DNA of 64,000 nt, taken from the NCBI GenBank assembly GCA_963820825.1, contig CAWGBN010000007.1, positions 128,001 to 192,000 on the forward strand. Direction: 5' to 3'. The translations under genes were made by a program, and so were the position numbers. A model generated the notes under the pieces. It was not told where the DNA came from. It did not search any database and was given only the letters and a program-made list of their open reading frames with translations. Below, piece by piece: positions 41,020 through 51,412 of the stretch; within the stretch, counting starts at the first letter, position 1, and every line of letters starts with the position of its first letter. Origin of the DNA: Vulcanimicrobiota bacterium (GTDB lineage Bacteria > Vulcanimicrobiota > Vulcanimicrobiia > Vulcanimicrobiales > Vulcanimicrobiaceae).

Positions 41020-41954
41020 CGGCTCGGAAAGAACGCGCCTTTGATAAAGAAGGCGACGTTGGCGGGGCGCTCGGCGAGCCGGCGCATGAGATAGGGGAAC
41101 CAGTACTCGCCGTACGGGATCGAGAGGCGTACGCGATAGCCGCGCTCGATCGCTCGGCGCGCCAGCGCCGTCGCAATTCCGTAGAGCATCTGAAACTCGA
41201 ATCGTCCGCGCTTGGGCAGCGCGCGCTCGGCGACGATCGCCTCAACGCGCTCGATGATCTTGGGATCGTGCGTCGCAATCGCGGTGTAGCCCGGATGCGC
41301 GAGCGCCGTCTCGGCCAGCCGCAGGTAGTTCGCGTCGACGTCGGCTTTTCGCGCAAACGCGAGTTCCGCCGGCTCGAGATAGGCGCCTTTAACGATGCGA
41401 AGGTTCGGCGCGAGCGAGAGCATGGCGCCCAGATCCGCGGCGCTGCGATAGAGATACGATTGCAGCACGAAGCCGACGTTTCTATGGTGCTCGCGCAACC
41501 TCCGATAGATCTCCAGCGTGCGATCGACGTACCGCGATTGTTCCATGTCCATCCGCACGGTGTTGTTGCTCTGCGCGGCCGTTGCGGCGATGCGCGACGC
41601 ATTCTCGAAGGCGAGCTCGGGGTCGATGTCGAGGCCGACGTGCGTCAGCTTAAAGGCGACGTTCGCGTCGAGCCCCTCGCCGGCGAAGGCGCCGAGCAGC
41701 CGGCAATACTCCTGCGTCACCGCGGCGGTCTCGTAGCGGTCGCGCACGCTCTCACCCAGGAGCGTCGCCGCAACGGCAAAGCCCTGCGCGTTCGCCGCTC
41801 GCGCCGCCGGCAAGAATTGCGCGACGTTCTCGCCGGCGACGAAGCGCCGCGCGCCGAGGCGCATTCCGTATCGGGTGACCGCACGGCGGACGAGCGCGTT
41901 ATCGGCCGCCGCAAGAATTCCGGCGCGAAGCGGACGATCCAACATCGAGCCCAC
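41016..41954 (-). CDS. Monofunctional proline dehydrogenase
   Basis: RFVAGE, KLTHVG, RMDME, RIVKGAY, IATHD, EFQMLYG, YLMRRLAERPAN. Confidence 0.93.
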   Translation of the reverse strand: MGSMLDRPLRAGILAAADNALVRRAVTRYGMRLGARRFVAGENVAQFLPAARAANAQGFAVAATLLGESVRDRYETAAVTQEYCRLLGAFAGEGLDANVAFKLTHVGLDIDPELAFENASRIAATAAQSNNTVRMDMEQSRYVDRTLEIYRRLREHHRNVGFVLQSYLYRSAADLGAMLSLAPNLRIVKGAYLEPAELAFARKADVDANYLRLAETALAHPGYTAIATHDPKIIERVEAIVAERALPKRGRFEFQMLYGIATALARRAIERGYRVRLSIPYGEYWFPYLMRRLAERPANVAFFIKGAFFPSR

Positions 41955-42010
41955 TCAGGCGTACTTCTGCACCCGATAGGAAGCGACTGCATCGGCGGGA
42001 AGGCCCCGGC

Positions 42011-43357
42011 GTGAAGGTCGCCTGGGTGCTGATCGCCGCGATCCTCGGCTCGGCGATGACGTTCATCGATAGCACGGCGGTCAACGTCTCGCTGCCGGTG
42101 ATTCAGCACGAGTTGCACGCCACCAGCGGCCAGGCGCAGTGGGTGATCGAAGGCTACGCGCTCTTCCTCTCGGCGCTGATTCTGCTGGGCGGAGCGCTCG
42201 GCGATCTCTACGGCCGAAAGCTCGTCTTTGCCCTCGGCGTCACGCTCTTTGCCGTCGCGTCGTTGGCCTGCGCGCTGGCCGGGAGCATCGACGCGCTCAT
42301 CGCCGCGCGCTGCATTCAAGGGGTCGGCGGCGCGCTCGCGACGCCGGGAAGCCTGGCGTTGCTCAGCGCCGCGTACGACGAGCGTTCGCGCGGGCGCGCG
42401 ATCGGGCTCTGGTCGGGCTTCAGCGCGCTTACCTCGGCGCTCGGGCCGGTGATCGGCGGATGGCTGACGCAGAGCTTCTCGTGGCGTTACGTCTTTCTGA
42501 TCAACGTTCCGGTCGCGATCGCGGTCGTGCTCATGCTCGTCTTTCGCGTTCCCGAGAGCCGCGACGACTCGGCGGCGCGCCGAATAGACGTGACCGGAGC
42601 GACGCTTGCGACCGCGGGTCTGGGATTGCTGGTCTACGGATTGATCGAAATGAACGCCGCGCGCTTCTCCGCGCCGGCCCTGGCGATAACCGTCGCGGGG
42701 ATGGTCGTGCTGACGCTCTTCATTCTCTTCGAACGCCGCACTCCCGACCCGATGGTGCGCTGCGATCTCTTCGCCTCGCGCGCCTTCAGCGCGGCAAACC
42801 TCTATACGTTCTTACTCTACACCGCGATCGGCGGAAGCCTCTACTTCGTTCCTTTCGTTCTGATCAACGTGCACCGCTACTCGCCGACCGCGGCCGGCGG
42901 CGCGCTGCTGCCCTTCATCTTCATCATGGTCGTCGCTTCGCGCTGGTCGGGCGGACTCGTGGCGCGCGTCGGCGCGCGAACGCCGCTGCTCTTCGGCGCC
43001 GCGGTTGCCGGCCTGGGCTTTCTCGCCTACGCGCTGCCGGGCAGCGACGGATCGTATTGGACGACCTTCTTCCCAGCCGCGACCGTGCTCGGCATCGGCG
43101 GCGCGCTCTTCGTCGCGCCCCTGACGACGACGGTGATGAGCTCCGTCCCGGTCGAGCATTCAGGGGTGGCATCCGGAATCAACAACGCGGTCGCGCGCAC
43201 CGCCGGGCTGATCGGCATCGCTGCGCTTGGAATCGTGGTAACGAGCGCACCCTCGTATGTTGCCGGGTTCCGCGGCGCGATGGTGATCTCGGCTCTCCTG
43301 GCGTTCGCCGCCGGCGGCGTTGCCGCGCGCGGATTCGCGCGGCAGCCACGTATTTAA
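42011..43357 (+). CDS. MFS transporter (DHA2-like)
   Basis: DSTAVNVSLP, GALGDLYGRK, WRYVFLINVP. Confidence 0.92.
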   Translation: MKVAWVLIAAILGSAMTFIDSTAVNVSLPVIQHELHATSGQAQWVIEGYALFLSALILLGGALGDLYGRKLVFALGVTLFAVASLACALAGSIDALIAARCIQGVGGALATPGSLALLSAAYDERSRGRAIGLWSGFSALTSALGPVIGGWLTQSFSWRYVFLINVPVAIAVVLMLVFRVPESRDDSAARRIDVTGATLATAGLGLLVYGLIEMNAARFSAPALAITVAGMVVLTLFILFERRTPDPMVRCDLFASRAFSAANLYTFLLYTAIGGSLYFVPFVLINVHRYSPTAAGGALLPFIFIMVVASRWSGGLVARVGARTPLLFGAAVAGLGFLAYALPGSDGSYWTTFFPAATVLGIGGALFVAPLTTTVMSSVPVEHSGVASGINNAVARTAGLIGIAALGIVVTSAPSYVAGFRGAMVISALLAFAAGGVAARGFARQPRI

Positions 43358-43514
43358 CGCTGCGAGATTCGCGCGAGCCTGTATTGGAAGAGCACGGTTA
43401 CCATCATCACCTATGACGAGAATGGTGTCCGCTAGGAACGCGCGACGCCGCGGCAAACCCGTTCTCGAACGCGTTCACCTTTAGCTGCTAGCATCCCCAA
43501 CGCCGAGCAACGCC

Positions 43515-43550
43515 ACCCCCGCCGACGCGAACCGGCGGGGGTTTCCTTCT
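43515..43550 (+). terminator. Intrinsic terminator-like hairpin with pyrimidine tail
   Basis: ACCCCCGCCG-8 nt-CGGCGGGGGT followed by TTCCTTCT. Confidence 0.55.
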
Positions 43551-43594
43551 GCCGCCATCCCAAGCAAGCGGCTGATCCACGCCGGGGAACGAAT

Positions 43595-45002
43595 ATGGAA
43601 AGGATGGCGAGGAGTTTCGAGCTGAGGACGTTTTGCGCGTGGCTTACGGCGGCATTCGTCGCGCTTGCGATCGCCGCTTGTAGCAGCGGCGGCGCGGGAA
43701 CGGCAATTCCGCAACCGCCGCCGCCGGGGCCGTCGCACAGAAACGGCAGCGGCGTCATCAAGCATATCGTCATCATGATTCAGGAGAACCGAAGCTTCGA
43801 CGACCTCTTCGCCACCTTCCCGAAAGCCTACGGAGCGACGCAAGGCCGCATCAAGAGCGGGAGCAGCTACACGTATGTCGCGCTTAAGGAAGTCAACTTG
43901 GCGGAGCGCTGTGATTTCGGCCACGGCTATGCCGGCTTCTTGAGAAACTACGACGGCGGCAAGATGGACGGCTTCGTTCTGAGCGGCAATAAATGCAGCG
44001 GAAACCACGACGCGGCCTATCAGTACGTCAATCCGTCACAGATCGCGTCGTACTGGACGATGGCTCAGCAGTACGTGCTTGCCGATCAAATGTTCCAAAC
44101 TCAGGGGAGCGCCAGCTTCACCGCCCACCAAGATCTCATCGCCGGCTCGACGCTCATCAACCAGCCGTCCAACACCGAGAGCATCGTCGACTATCCGACG
44201 GCCTCGCCGTGGGGCTGCGATGCGCCATCCGGCACCAAGACCTCGTACCTCCTCTGGACCGGATCGAAGATCGAGTCAAAGTACGACAAGGGGCCCTTTC
44301 CGTGCTTCACCTACCCAACGATGCGCGATCTCCTCGACGCAAAATCGGTTTCGTGGAAGTTCTACACGCCGCAGGTCAACACGCCCGGCGGGAATTTGGA
44401 ACGCCTTCGACGCGATCAAGGCCGTGCACGACGGACCGGAATGGAAGAACAACGTCATCAGCCCGGAGACCACCGTGCTCACCGACATTTCGCACGGCCG
44501 TCTGCCGGCGGTTACGTGGGTCATTCCCGACCGCAATAACTCCGACCATCCGCAGTCCCCCGCGTACCACGGTCCGTCGTGGATTGCGAGCGTCGTCAAC
44601 GCAATCGGCACAAGTTCCTACTGGAAGAGCACCGCGATCGTGATCGTCTGGGACGATTGGGGCGGCTTCTACGATAACTGGGCGCCGCCGTCATTCGATC
44701 ACTGGGGCGGCCTCGGATTCCGGGTTCCGATGATCGTGGTCTCGCCCTACGCCCGCGAGACTCAGAAAGGCACGCCCGGCTACATCTCGCATACGCAGTA
44801 CGAGTTCGGAAGCATCCTCAAGTTCGTCGAGGAGACCTTTAATCTCGGGTCGCTGCATACGACCGACGCGCGCGCCACGAGCATCTCCGATTGCTTCGAC
44901 TTCTCGCAATCACCGCGCAAATTCCAACAGATTCCGTCGAGCCGGTCGAAGGACTTCTTCTTGCACGAGCGGCCTTCCGGGCTGCCGGTCGATCCCGAGT
45001 AG
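43595..45002 (+). CDS. Phospholipase C/phosphoesterase family lipoprotein, frameshift near 44390
   Basis: IAAC lipobox; IKHIVIMIQENRSFD, WDDWGGFYD, GFRVPMIVVSPYA. Confidence 0.9.
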
Positions 45003-45013
45003 CGCCTCGCGCG

Positions 45014-45688
45014 TCACGACGCTTCGAAGCGGCGGATCGCGTCGAGGGAGTCGAGTGCCGTCGTTAGGCTTCGACCGGCAATCGCATCGGCCAGCGGGCG
45101 CATCTGCTTCGAGCTTTCGAACCAACGGCGATACCGCCGGGCAACGAAGACTGCTGCGGGTATGACGGCGATGCCGAAGAGCAGATTCGCGGCGAGCCAA
45201 GCCGTTCCGGCCGCATAGACGTCGACGCCGAAGATCCCGCGCAAGCCGACGATCAGCAGCGGAACCCACATCAGCGGGGCGAAGAGCAGCGTGGCCAGCG
45301 TAGTTCGTACGCGCAGCAGGCGCAGCTGCTCGAGCCGCTTTTGGATAGCAACGACGGGCTCGTCGTAGTCGAGGCTGCGAACCGCGGCGAGTTGGCGCGC
45401 CCCGGCGACGATCAAGGCGATTGCGTAGCAATCGAGCATCGCCGCCGGAATGAGGAAGCGCGGCTCGTGCAGATGCGCGCTCGCGAAGAGGCCGATCAGC
45501 ACGACGCCGATCGCATTAACGATCAGTTCGAAGGCGATCTCTCGTGCCATCCAGCTCAACGCGGTATCCGTCTTGCGAAGGTTCCACTGCGCGAGCAGCG
45601 TCGTATTGAGGCGCGTACTCGCCTCGAGTCTGCGATTGCTCTCGGCCCAGAGGCTCTTGATCTCGTCGATCTCCATCTCGTTCTCCAT
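45014..45688 (-). CDS. Membrane protein, probable anti-sigma partner
   Basis: MEIDEIKSLW, about 4 TM segments, directly downstream of an ECF sigma gene. Confidence 0.7.
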   Translation of the reverse strand: MENEMEIDEIKSLWAESNRRLEASTRLNTTLLAQWNLRKTDTALSWMAREIAFELIVNAIGVVLIGLFASAHLHEPRFLIPAAMLDCYAIALIVAGARQLAAVRSLDYDEPVVAIQKRLEQLRLLRVRTTLATLLFAPLMWVPLLIVGLRGIFGVDVYAAGTAWLAANLLFGIAVIPAAVFVARRYRRWFESSKQMRPLADAIAGRSLTTALDSLDAIRRFEAS

Positions 45689-45690
45689 TT

Positions 45691-46200
45691 CTATCTATGC
45701 CCGGCGGCGATTGTGCGTTTCAGTCGTTCTTTGATGCGCCCGATCTTCGTTGCGACGTTCGTCTCCGAGATGCCGAGAATGGCGGCGATCTCGGCATGCG
45801 GATGGTCGTCGAGATAGAGCAGCATCAGTGCGCGGTCGAGGGGAGCGAGCCCGTCGATGAGCTCGTGCAACCGCTCGAGCCGCTCGTCGCTCGCGGGTTC
45901 GCCGGCTGCCGGAATCTGCTCGAGGACGTCCGCTTGCGCCGGTATCACGCTATCCCGTCTGCGCGCGTCGCGACGCACGAACGCGATCGCCACGTTCATC
46001 ACGACGCGATACATCCACGTCGAGAAGCTCGAGCGCGCGTCGAAGCGCGCGAAGGCGCTCCAGAGTTGCGCAACCATCTCCGCAATCAAATCTTCGCGGT
46101 CGCTCTCGTTGCGGGCGTATGCGTTGGCAACCCGGAACAGGATTCCCCGATGCCGGTCTATCAGTTCGACGAACGTGTCGTGCGAGGCAACCCTGCTCAT
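45691..46200 (-). CDS. ECF sigma-70 factor
   Basis: DREDL, FSTWMYRVVMNVAI, EIAAILGISETNVATKIGRIK. Confidence 0.92.
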   Translation of the reverse strand: MSRVASHDTFVELIDRHRGILFRVANAYARNESDREDLIAEMVAQLWSAFARFDARSSFSTWMYRVVMNVAIAFVRRDARRRDSVIPAQADVLEQIPAAGEPASDERLERLHELIDGLAPLDRALMLLYLDDHPHAEIAAILGISETNVATKIGRIKERLKRTIAAGHR

Positions 46201-46295
46201 TTCAACCCGTTAGTCGCTCGGCGCCGCGAAAAAATCACACCCCGACCTCGTCTCTCCCAGGGCGCTTACCCTCCTTACCGAAAGGGGGGCGTCGC

Positions 46296-47240
46296 ATGAG
46301 AAGGCCGTTCCACGCAACGATCGCCGCCGCCGCGTTCCTCGCCGGCTGCGGCCTGCCCGCGCAGCTTGGATCGCCGCCGCTTGGCGCGCGCGCCGCGGCC
46401 TCCTGGATGAGCGCAGATGCCAAGACGCAGGATCTGCTCTACATTTCCGACGTCGGCACCAACGAAGTCTATGTCTACTCCTATCCCAAGGGCCGCCGCG
46501 TCGGGACGCTGCAAGGCTTCTCGTCCCCCGTGCGGGTCTGCTCCGATCGCGCCGGCGACGTCTTCGTCACCAACACCGGCGCGCAGCAGATTCTCGAGTA
46601 CGCGCACGGTGGAAAGAGTCCGATTGCTACGTACGACGACCACGGATTTCTGCCGGTCGATTGTTCGGTAGACCCGGTCAGCGGCACGCTGGCGGTAACG
46701 AACTACGGGCCGAACGGATCGAACACCGGGAGCGTGGCGATCTACGCGCACGGCAAGACCTCGCCGAAGATCTATCGCGCGGCCAACGTGCAGGCCTACC
46801 TCTTCTGCACCTACGACGGTGCGGGAAATCTCTTCGTCAACGGGCTGAACTCATCGTACGATCCGGCCTTCATCGAGAAGCCCAAAGGCGTGAAAACGTT
46901 CGAGCGGATCGTGCTCGATAAGCAGCTTCCCGGTTGGGGCGGCGTTCAGTGGGATGGAAAGTACGTCGCGCTCGGCGACGGAATCTCGACGATCTACGAC
47001 TTCGCGATCGCCGGCACGAAGGGCAAGCACGTCAAGACGATTCATTTGCGTAAGGCGGTCAACCTCGTGCAGTTTTGGATCGACGGTTCGACGCTCGTCG
47101 CGCCCGACGGACCGAACGGGGCGCAGCACGACGCGGGCCTCTGGCAGTATCCGGGCGGCGGCTCCCCGATCAAAACCATCGGCGGCAGCTTCAAGAATCC
47201 CAGCGGCGCGACGATCAGCCTCGGCGGGAAGAGCCGATGA
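46296..47240 (+). CDS. Secreted beta-propeller-like lipoprotein
   Basis: LAGC lipobox; LLYISD, YSYP, EYAHGG, GGVQWDGKY, YPGGGSP. Confidence 0.8.
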   Translation: MRRPFHATIAAAAFLAGCGLPAQLGSPPLGARAAASWMSADAKTQDLLYISDVGTNEVYVYSYPKGRRVGTLQGFSSPVRVCSDRAGDVFVTNTGAQQILEYAHGGKSPIATYDDHGFLPVDCSVDPVSGTLAVTNYGPNGSNTGSVAIYAHGKTSPKIYRAANVQAYLFCTYDGAGNLFVNGLNSSYDPAFIEKPKGVKTFERIVLDKQLPGWGGVQWDGKYVALGDGISTIYDFAIAGTKGKHVKTIHLRKAVNLVQFWIDGSTLVAPDGPNGAQHDAGLWQYPGGGSPIKTIGGSFKNPSGATISLGGKSR

Positions 47241-48031
47241 GGATTCCCTTCTATCACGTTGACGCGTTCACGCAAACGCCGTTCGGCGGAAATCCCGCTG
47301 GAGTCTGCGTGCTCGAGCAACCGCTCGAAGAACGCACGATGCAGGCCATCGCCGGCGAGATGAATCTCCCGGCCACGGCCTTCTTTGCGGCCGGCGGCGG
47401 CGAGGCTACGCTGCGGTGGTTCGCGCCCGGGGGCGAGTTAGAGTTGTGCGGTCATGGGACGCTGGCCACGGGATACGTCGTTCTGAACGTTTTACAGCGC
47501 GATCGCTCGAGCGTTCGGTTCGCAACGCGCACCGGACCGGTTGAAGTGCGACGCGAGGGCGAGCGCCTCGCCCTCGATTTTCCGGCAATGCGTCCGGAGC
47601 GCGAGCACGATCCGAGTCTCGTTGCGCCGGCGCTCGGCCTTCGGCCCTCCGAGCTCTGGGAAGCCGCGGGCGGGCGCGGCATGGCGGTTCTCGACGACGC
47701 GACCGAAGTTCGGGAGCTTCGACCCGACGTCGCGGCGATCGCGGCGCTGCAGTTTTCGGCGCTGATCGTCACCGCTCGCGGATTCGAGGGCGACTGCGAT
47801 TTCGTCTCGCGATACTTCGTTCCCAAACACGGAATCGCCGAAGATTATGTCACCGGCTCGGCGCATTGCGTGCTGACCCCCTACTGGTCGGGCATGCTCG
47901 GCAATGCCAGACTCTTCGCACGCCAACTCTCCGCGCGCGACGGCGAGTTATGGGTCGAATACCGCGGCGAACGCGTTACCATCGCCGGCGAGTGCCTCCC
48001 GTTCGGCGAGGGAACGCTGACGCTTCCTTAG
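47237..48031 (+). CDS. PhzF family isomerase
   Basis: VDAFT..PFGGNPA, ELCGHGTL, EDYVTGSAH. Confidence 0.92.
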   Translation: MRIPFYHVDAFTQTPFGGNPAGVCVLEQPLEERTMQAIAGEMNLPATAFFAAGGGEATLRWFAPGGELELCGHGTLATGYVVLNVLQRDRSSVRFATRTGPVEVRREGERLALDFPAMRPEREHDPSLVAPALGLRPSELWEAAGGRGMAVLDDATEVRELRPDVAAIAALQFSALIVTARGFEGDCDFVSRYFVPKHGIAEDYVTGSAHCVLTPYWSGMLGNARLFARQLSARDGELWVEYRGERVTIAGECLPFGEGTLTLP

Positions 48032-48750
48032 TGCTGCTTGACCCCCGAGTCCTTGAGCAGCTTTAAGCCCACGACGTCGTTGCTGTAGACGCTTCGGTAC
48101 GGGATATGCGTCCGCGTATCGGTGACGATTACGGCGAGCTTCGCCGCCGGATCGTAGACGATGTTCTGCTTCGACTTGGCTTTGAGATACGTGCCGCCTT
48201 GCTGGTCGAGCGTACCGTCGGCCTCGACGAGCAGTAACGACGCCGCGCTCTTGATCGGTCCTTTGCCCGTAAACTGATAGGAACAGAGCCAATTATTCGG
48301 CGCTCCGGCGAACCCCGTCGCGCCCGGGATGATCGCCGCGTAGGCCTTATAGCTGCGCGACCAGCTCGAGGTTCCAGCGGTGTTGAGCGCCTTGAAGACG
48401 CCGATCGCCAGCAGCGGAAAGATCGTGAGCTGCATCGGCGATATTGCGTACGGCGCCTGCGAGCACATCACGTTGCCGTTGAGATGCACCTCGCACGTGT
48501 TCGTCGCGCGCGGACGCACCGTGTTCCACCAGTGATCCGTTCCGCTGATCTTCAGACCGCCGTCTTTGGTGGGATATGAAATGTCGATGGTCGTCGTACC
48601 GGTGCCTTGCCCGGAACTCGCCGCCGGCGTATTGTATCCAAATTGATAGACCAGATGGCGCGTGTACTTCACCGCCGTCTGCGGTGCGGCCGCCGGCGTT
48701 TGAGCGCTCAGCACGAAAATCGCCGTGACGAGCAAACCGATGCGTTTCAC
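48028..48750 (-). CDS. Secreted hypothetical protein
   Basis: GGAGG RBS; MKRIGLL signal peptide. Confidence 0.7.
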   Translation of the reverse strand: MKRIGLLVTAIFVLSAQTPAAAPQTAVKYTRHLVYQFGYNTPAASSGQGTGTTTIDISYPTKDGGLKISGTDHWWNTVRPRATNTCEVHLNGNVMCSQAPYAISPMQLTIFPLLAIGVFKALNTAGTSSWSRSYKAYAAIIPGATGFAGAPNNWLCSYQFTGKGPIKSAASLLLVEADGTLDQQGGTYLKAKSKQNIVYDPAAKLAVIVTDTRTHIPYRSVYSNDVVGLKLLKDSGVKQH

Positions 48751-48818
48751 GTTTCTTCTACCCTCCTAAGTTGGGTCGAGTCATTCGCCGACCGCCCGCT
48801 CGCCAACTGCTCGCCCTC

Positions 48819-49985
48819 CTAGGCCCGCAGGACCGGGAGTGCGCGTTCGAGGTCGGCGATGAGGTCGCTGGCGGACTCGAGCCCAATGCTCAAACGCACG
48901 AGACGGTGATCGTATGACGGCCGCTCCGGCGCGGAGCGCATCGTGTACGCGACGGCGAGGCTCGTCGTACCGGCCCAGCTATAGCCGATCTCGAAGAGCT
49001 CCAGCGCGTCGACGAAGGCGCAGACCTGCTCGCGCGTCGGTCCGGGGCGCAAGACGATCGAAAAGACGCCCGACGAACCCGTGAAGTCGCGCCGCCAGAA
49101 CTCGTGGCCGGGACATGAGGGCAGCGCCGGATGGAGCACGCGCTCGACCTCGGGACGGGTTTCGAGCCGGCGCGCGATCTCCAGCGCCGAGGTCTCGACG
49201 GCGCCGAGGCGCACCGCGAGAGTCTGCAGGCCCCGCAGCGCGAGGCTGCAGTCGTCGGGCGAAACGGCGCAACCCACGACCTGGCGCGCCGCTCCGATTT
49301 TTTGGTAGAGCGCTTCGTCTCGAACGGTGATCGAGCCGAGCAGCAAATCGCTATGGCCGCCGACGTACTTGGTCAGCGCCTGCATCGTTACGTCCACGCC
49401 GTGCCCGAACGCATCGAAGAAGAGCCCGGCCGACCAAGTGTTATCGAGGACGACGATAGCGCCGCGAGCGTGTGCCGCAGCGGCGATTGCCGGAACGTCC
49501 TGCACCTCCATGGTCACCGACCCCGGACTCTCGACCCAGACCAGACGCGTCTTCGGCCGGATGAGATCGCCGATGCCGGCGCCGGCGAGCGGATCGTAAA
49601 AGGTCGTCTCGATGCCGAACCGCGCGAGCAGGGAGATCGCGAGCAGCCGATTCGGATGGTAGACACTGCGCGGCACGAGTATATGGTTGCCCTGTTCGAG
49701 CAGCGCCAGATCGATCAGCGAGATTGCCGATTGGCCCCCGGGCGTGAGGATGGTTCGCCCGCCGCCCTCGAGCGCTGCAATGCGCGCGGCCAGCTCGAGC
49801 GCGGTCGGCGTACCGTAAAGGCCGTAGGTGTAGCCCACGCGCTCTTGATCCCATCGGTCGTTCACGGCTTGCGCCGACGCAAATAACGTCGTCGAACCAC
49901 GATAGACGGGTACCGCGAGCGAGCGGTAGCCTTCGGGCACGCGAATGTCGGGATGAATCAGTTGCGTCTTCCACGATCTGCTCAT
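48819..49985 (-). CDS. metC: Cystathionine beta-lyase
   Basis: YGLYGTPT, ESPGS, DNTW, ALTKYVGGHSD (PLP Lys), GYSW, RLSIGLE. Confidence 0.9.
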   Translation of the reverse strand: MSRSWKTQLIHPDIRVPEGYRSLAVPVYRGSTTLFASAQAVNDRWDQERVGYTYGLYGTPTALELAARIAALEGGGRTILTPGGQSAISLIDLALLEQGNHILVPRSVYHPNRLLAISLLARFGIETTFYDPLAGAGIGDLIRPKTRLVWVESPGSVTMEVQDVPAIAAAAHARGAIVVLDNTWSAGLFFDAFGHGVDVTMQALTKYVGGHSDLLLGSITVRDEALYQKIGAARQVVGCAVSPDDCSLALRGLQTLAVRLGAVETSALEIARRLETRPEVERVLHPALPSCPGHEFWRRDFTGSSGVFSIVLRPGPTREQVCAFVDALELFEIGYSWAGTTSLAVAYTMRSAPERPSYDHRLVRLSIGLESASDLIADLERALPVLRA

Positions 49986-50041
49986 GGCGCCGTCTTTATT
50001 CCGCCGAGGGTGCAAGCCTTTCACCGCCGTACTCATGTTGC

Positions 50042-50542
50042 GTGAAGGTGTATTTCTTACGTCACGGCATCGCCGTCGAGCCCGACGCGTGGAACGGCTC
50101 CGATTTCGATCGGCCGTTGACGCAAGAGGGCCACCACCGCATGGAGCGGGAGGCAAACGCGATCGACGAGCTTTCGCTCGGCCTCGATTGCATCGTCACG
50201 AGTCCGCTCCTTCGCGCAAAACAGACCGCTGCGATCGTCGCCGCGCAGCTGGACATGCGTGCGAAGGTCGTCGAAGACCCGCGCCTTGGCGGCGGCTTCA
50301 ATCTGACGGCGCTCGGGGCGATTGTGTCCTCGCATGCCGACGCGAGCGCGATGATGCTCGTCGGCCACGAACCGTCGATGAGCGCGGTAATCGGCGATGC
50401 GATCGGAGGCGCGAGCGTCGAGCTCAAGAAAGCGGCGCTCGCCGCGATCGAGCTCCCCGACCGCGCCTCGCCGAGCGGTACGCTGCTCTTCTTAATCCCG
50501 CCGAAGGCGCTCGTTGCGCTCGGAAAGCGCCGGCGCTCGTAG
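50042..50542 (+). CDS. sixA: Phosphohistidine phosphatase SixA-like
   Basis: LRHGIA, RPLT, SPLLRAKQTA, VGHEP. Confidence 0.88.
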   Translation: MKVYFLRHGIAVEPDAWNGSDFDRPLTQEGHHRMEREANAIDELSLGLDCIVTSPLLRAKQTAAIVAAQLDMRAKVVEDPRLGGGFNLTALGAIVSSHADASAMMLVGHEPSMSAVIGDAIGGASVELKKAALAAIELPDRASPSGTLLFLIPPKALVALGKRRRS

Positions 50543-50554
50543 CAGTAGAAGGAT

Positions 50555-51412
50555 TCAGGCGCGGGCCGGCCGCAGCCACGCCGGGGCTACGATCAGCGAC
50601 CGGCGCCTCGCGGCGACGAGCAGCATCACGGCCGCAATGCAACACGTGAGCACCGCTGCGACGCCCGCCTCAGGCCCGAACGCGCCGCCCGTGACGATCG
50701 GGGGCCCCGTAACCCGTGCCGTCAACACGCTTGCGTGCAGGGCCGCGCCGGAGACTTGCGTCCCGTAAACCGGTCCCTCGCAGAAGTTCCACGCGAAGTG
50801 CAGTCCAATGGGCAACCAGAGATTGCGGGTGACGACGAATGCGGCGCCGAGCAAGATGCCGGCCTCGAGTGCGATTGCAAGCGATGAGACCCACGTGGCG
50901 CCCGGATTGCCCGCGTGCACGAGGCCAAAAATCGCCGCGGAGACGGCAAGCGCGATCCAGGTGCCGGCCCACTCCTGAATCAAGCGAAAGAGTACGCCGC
51001 GAAAGAGCAGCTCTTCGCCGATAGCCCCGCCGATCAGCAACAACACTACGGGCATGAGACTCCATGCCGGATGCACCCCTACGATACGATAGAAGCCGCC
51101 CAACGCCAGTTCGGCCACGACCAGCGAGAAGAGCACGCCGCCGAGCAACGCGCCGAGAAACAGGTCGCGCAGCGCATGCGCCGGAGCGAATCCGATCTCG
51201 GCCGGCCGCTTCCCGGCAAAGATGCGTTCGACCGCAATCATCACCGCCGCCAATACGATCGCGATCGCCCAAGAGACCGCGACGCTGCGCCAATGACTCC
51301 CGGAAGGATGCACGGTGAGGATCACCGGCGCGATCAACGCGGCGAATAATATCACGATCGAAGCGAGGCGAACGAGCGGAAAGGCCGCTACGCGCCGCAA
51401 TCGGCTCTTCAT
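50555..51412 (-). CDS. CPBP (CAAX/Abi) intramembrane metalloprotease
   Basis: EELLFRG, FGLVH, LHFAWN. Confidence 0.9.
   Translation of the reverse strand: MKSRLRRVAAFPLVRLASIVILFAALIAPVILTVHPSGSHWRSVAVSWAIAIVLAAVMIAVERIFAGKRPAEIGFAPAHALRDLFLGALLGGVLFSLVVAELALGGFYRIVGVHPAWSLMPVVLLLIGGAIGEELLFRGVLFRLIQEWAGTWIALAVSAAIFGLVHAGNPGATWVSSLAIALEAGILLGAAFVVTRNLWLPIGLHFAWNFCEGPVYGTQVSGAALHASVLTARVTGPPIVTGGAFGPEAGVAAVLTCCIAAVMLLVAARRRSLIVAPAWLRPARA

Noticed and set aside
43450..43490. c-di-GMP-I riboswitch suggested by GGCAAACC
   Set aside because: The GAAA tetraloop and the downstream GACGCAAAGC consensus are missing.
46205..46240. Autoregulatory promoter for the second ECF sigma (GTGTGA-T6...CGACTAA on the minus strand)
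   Set aside because: Plausible, but only one copy is visible, so it cannot be supported from this window.
47237..48031. Phenazine biosynthesis cluster
   Set aside because: Lone PhzF-family gene with no other phz genes.
50555..51412. Abortive-infection defence system
   Set aside because: An ordinary CPBP protease; no defence-island genes are nearby.
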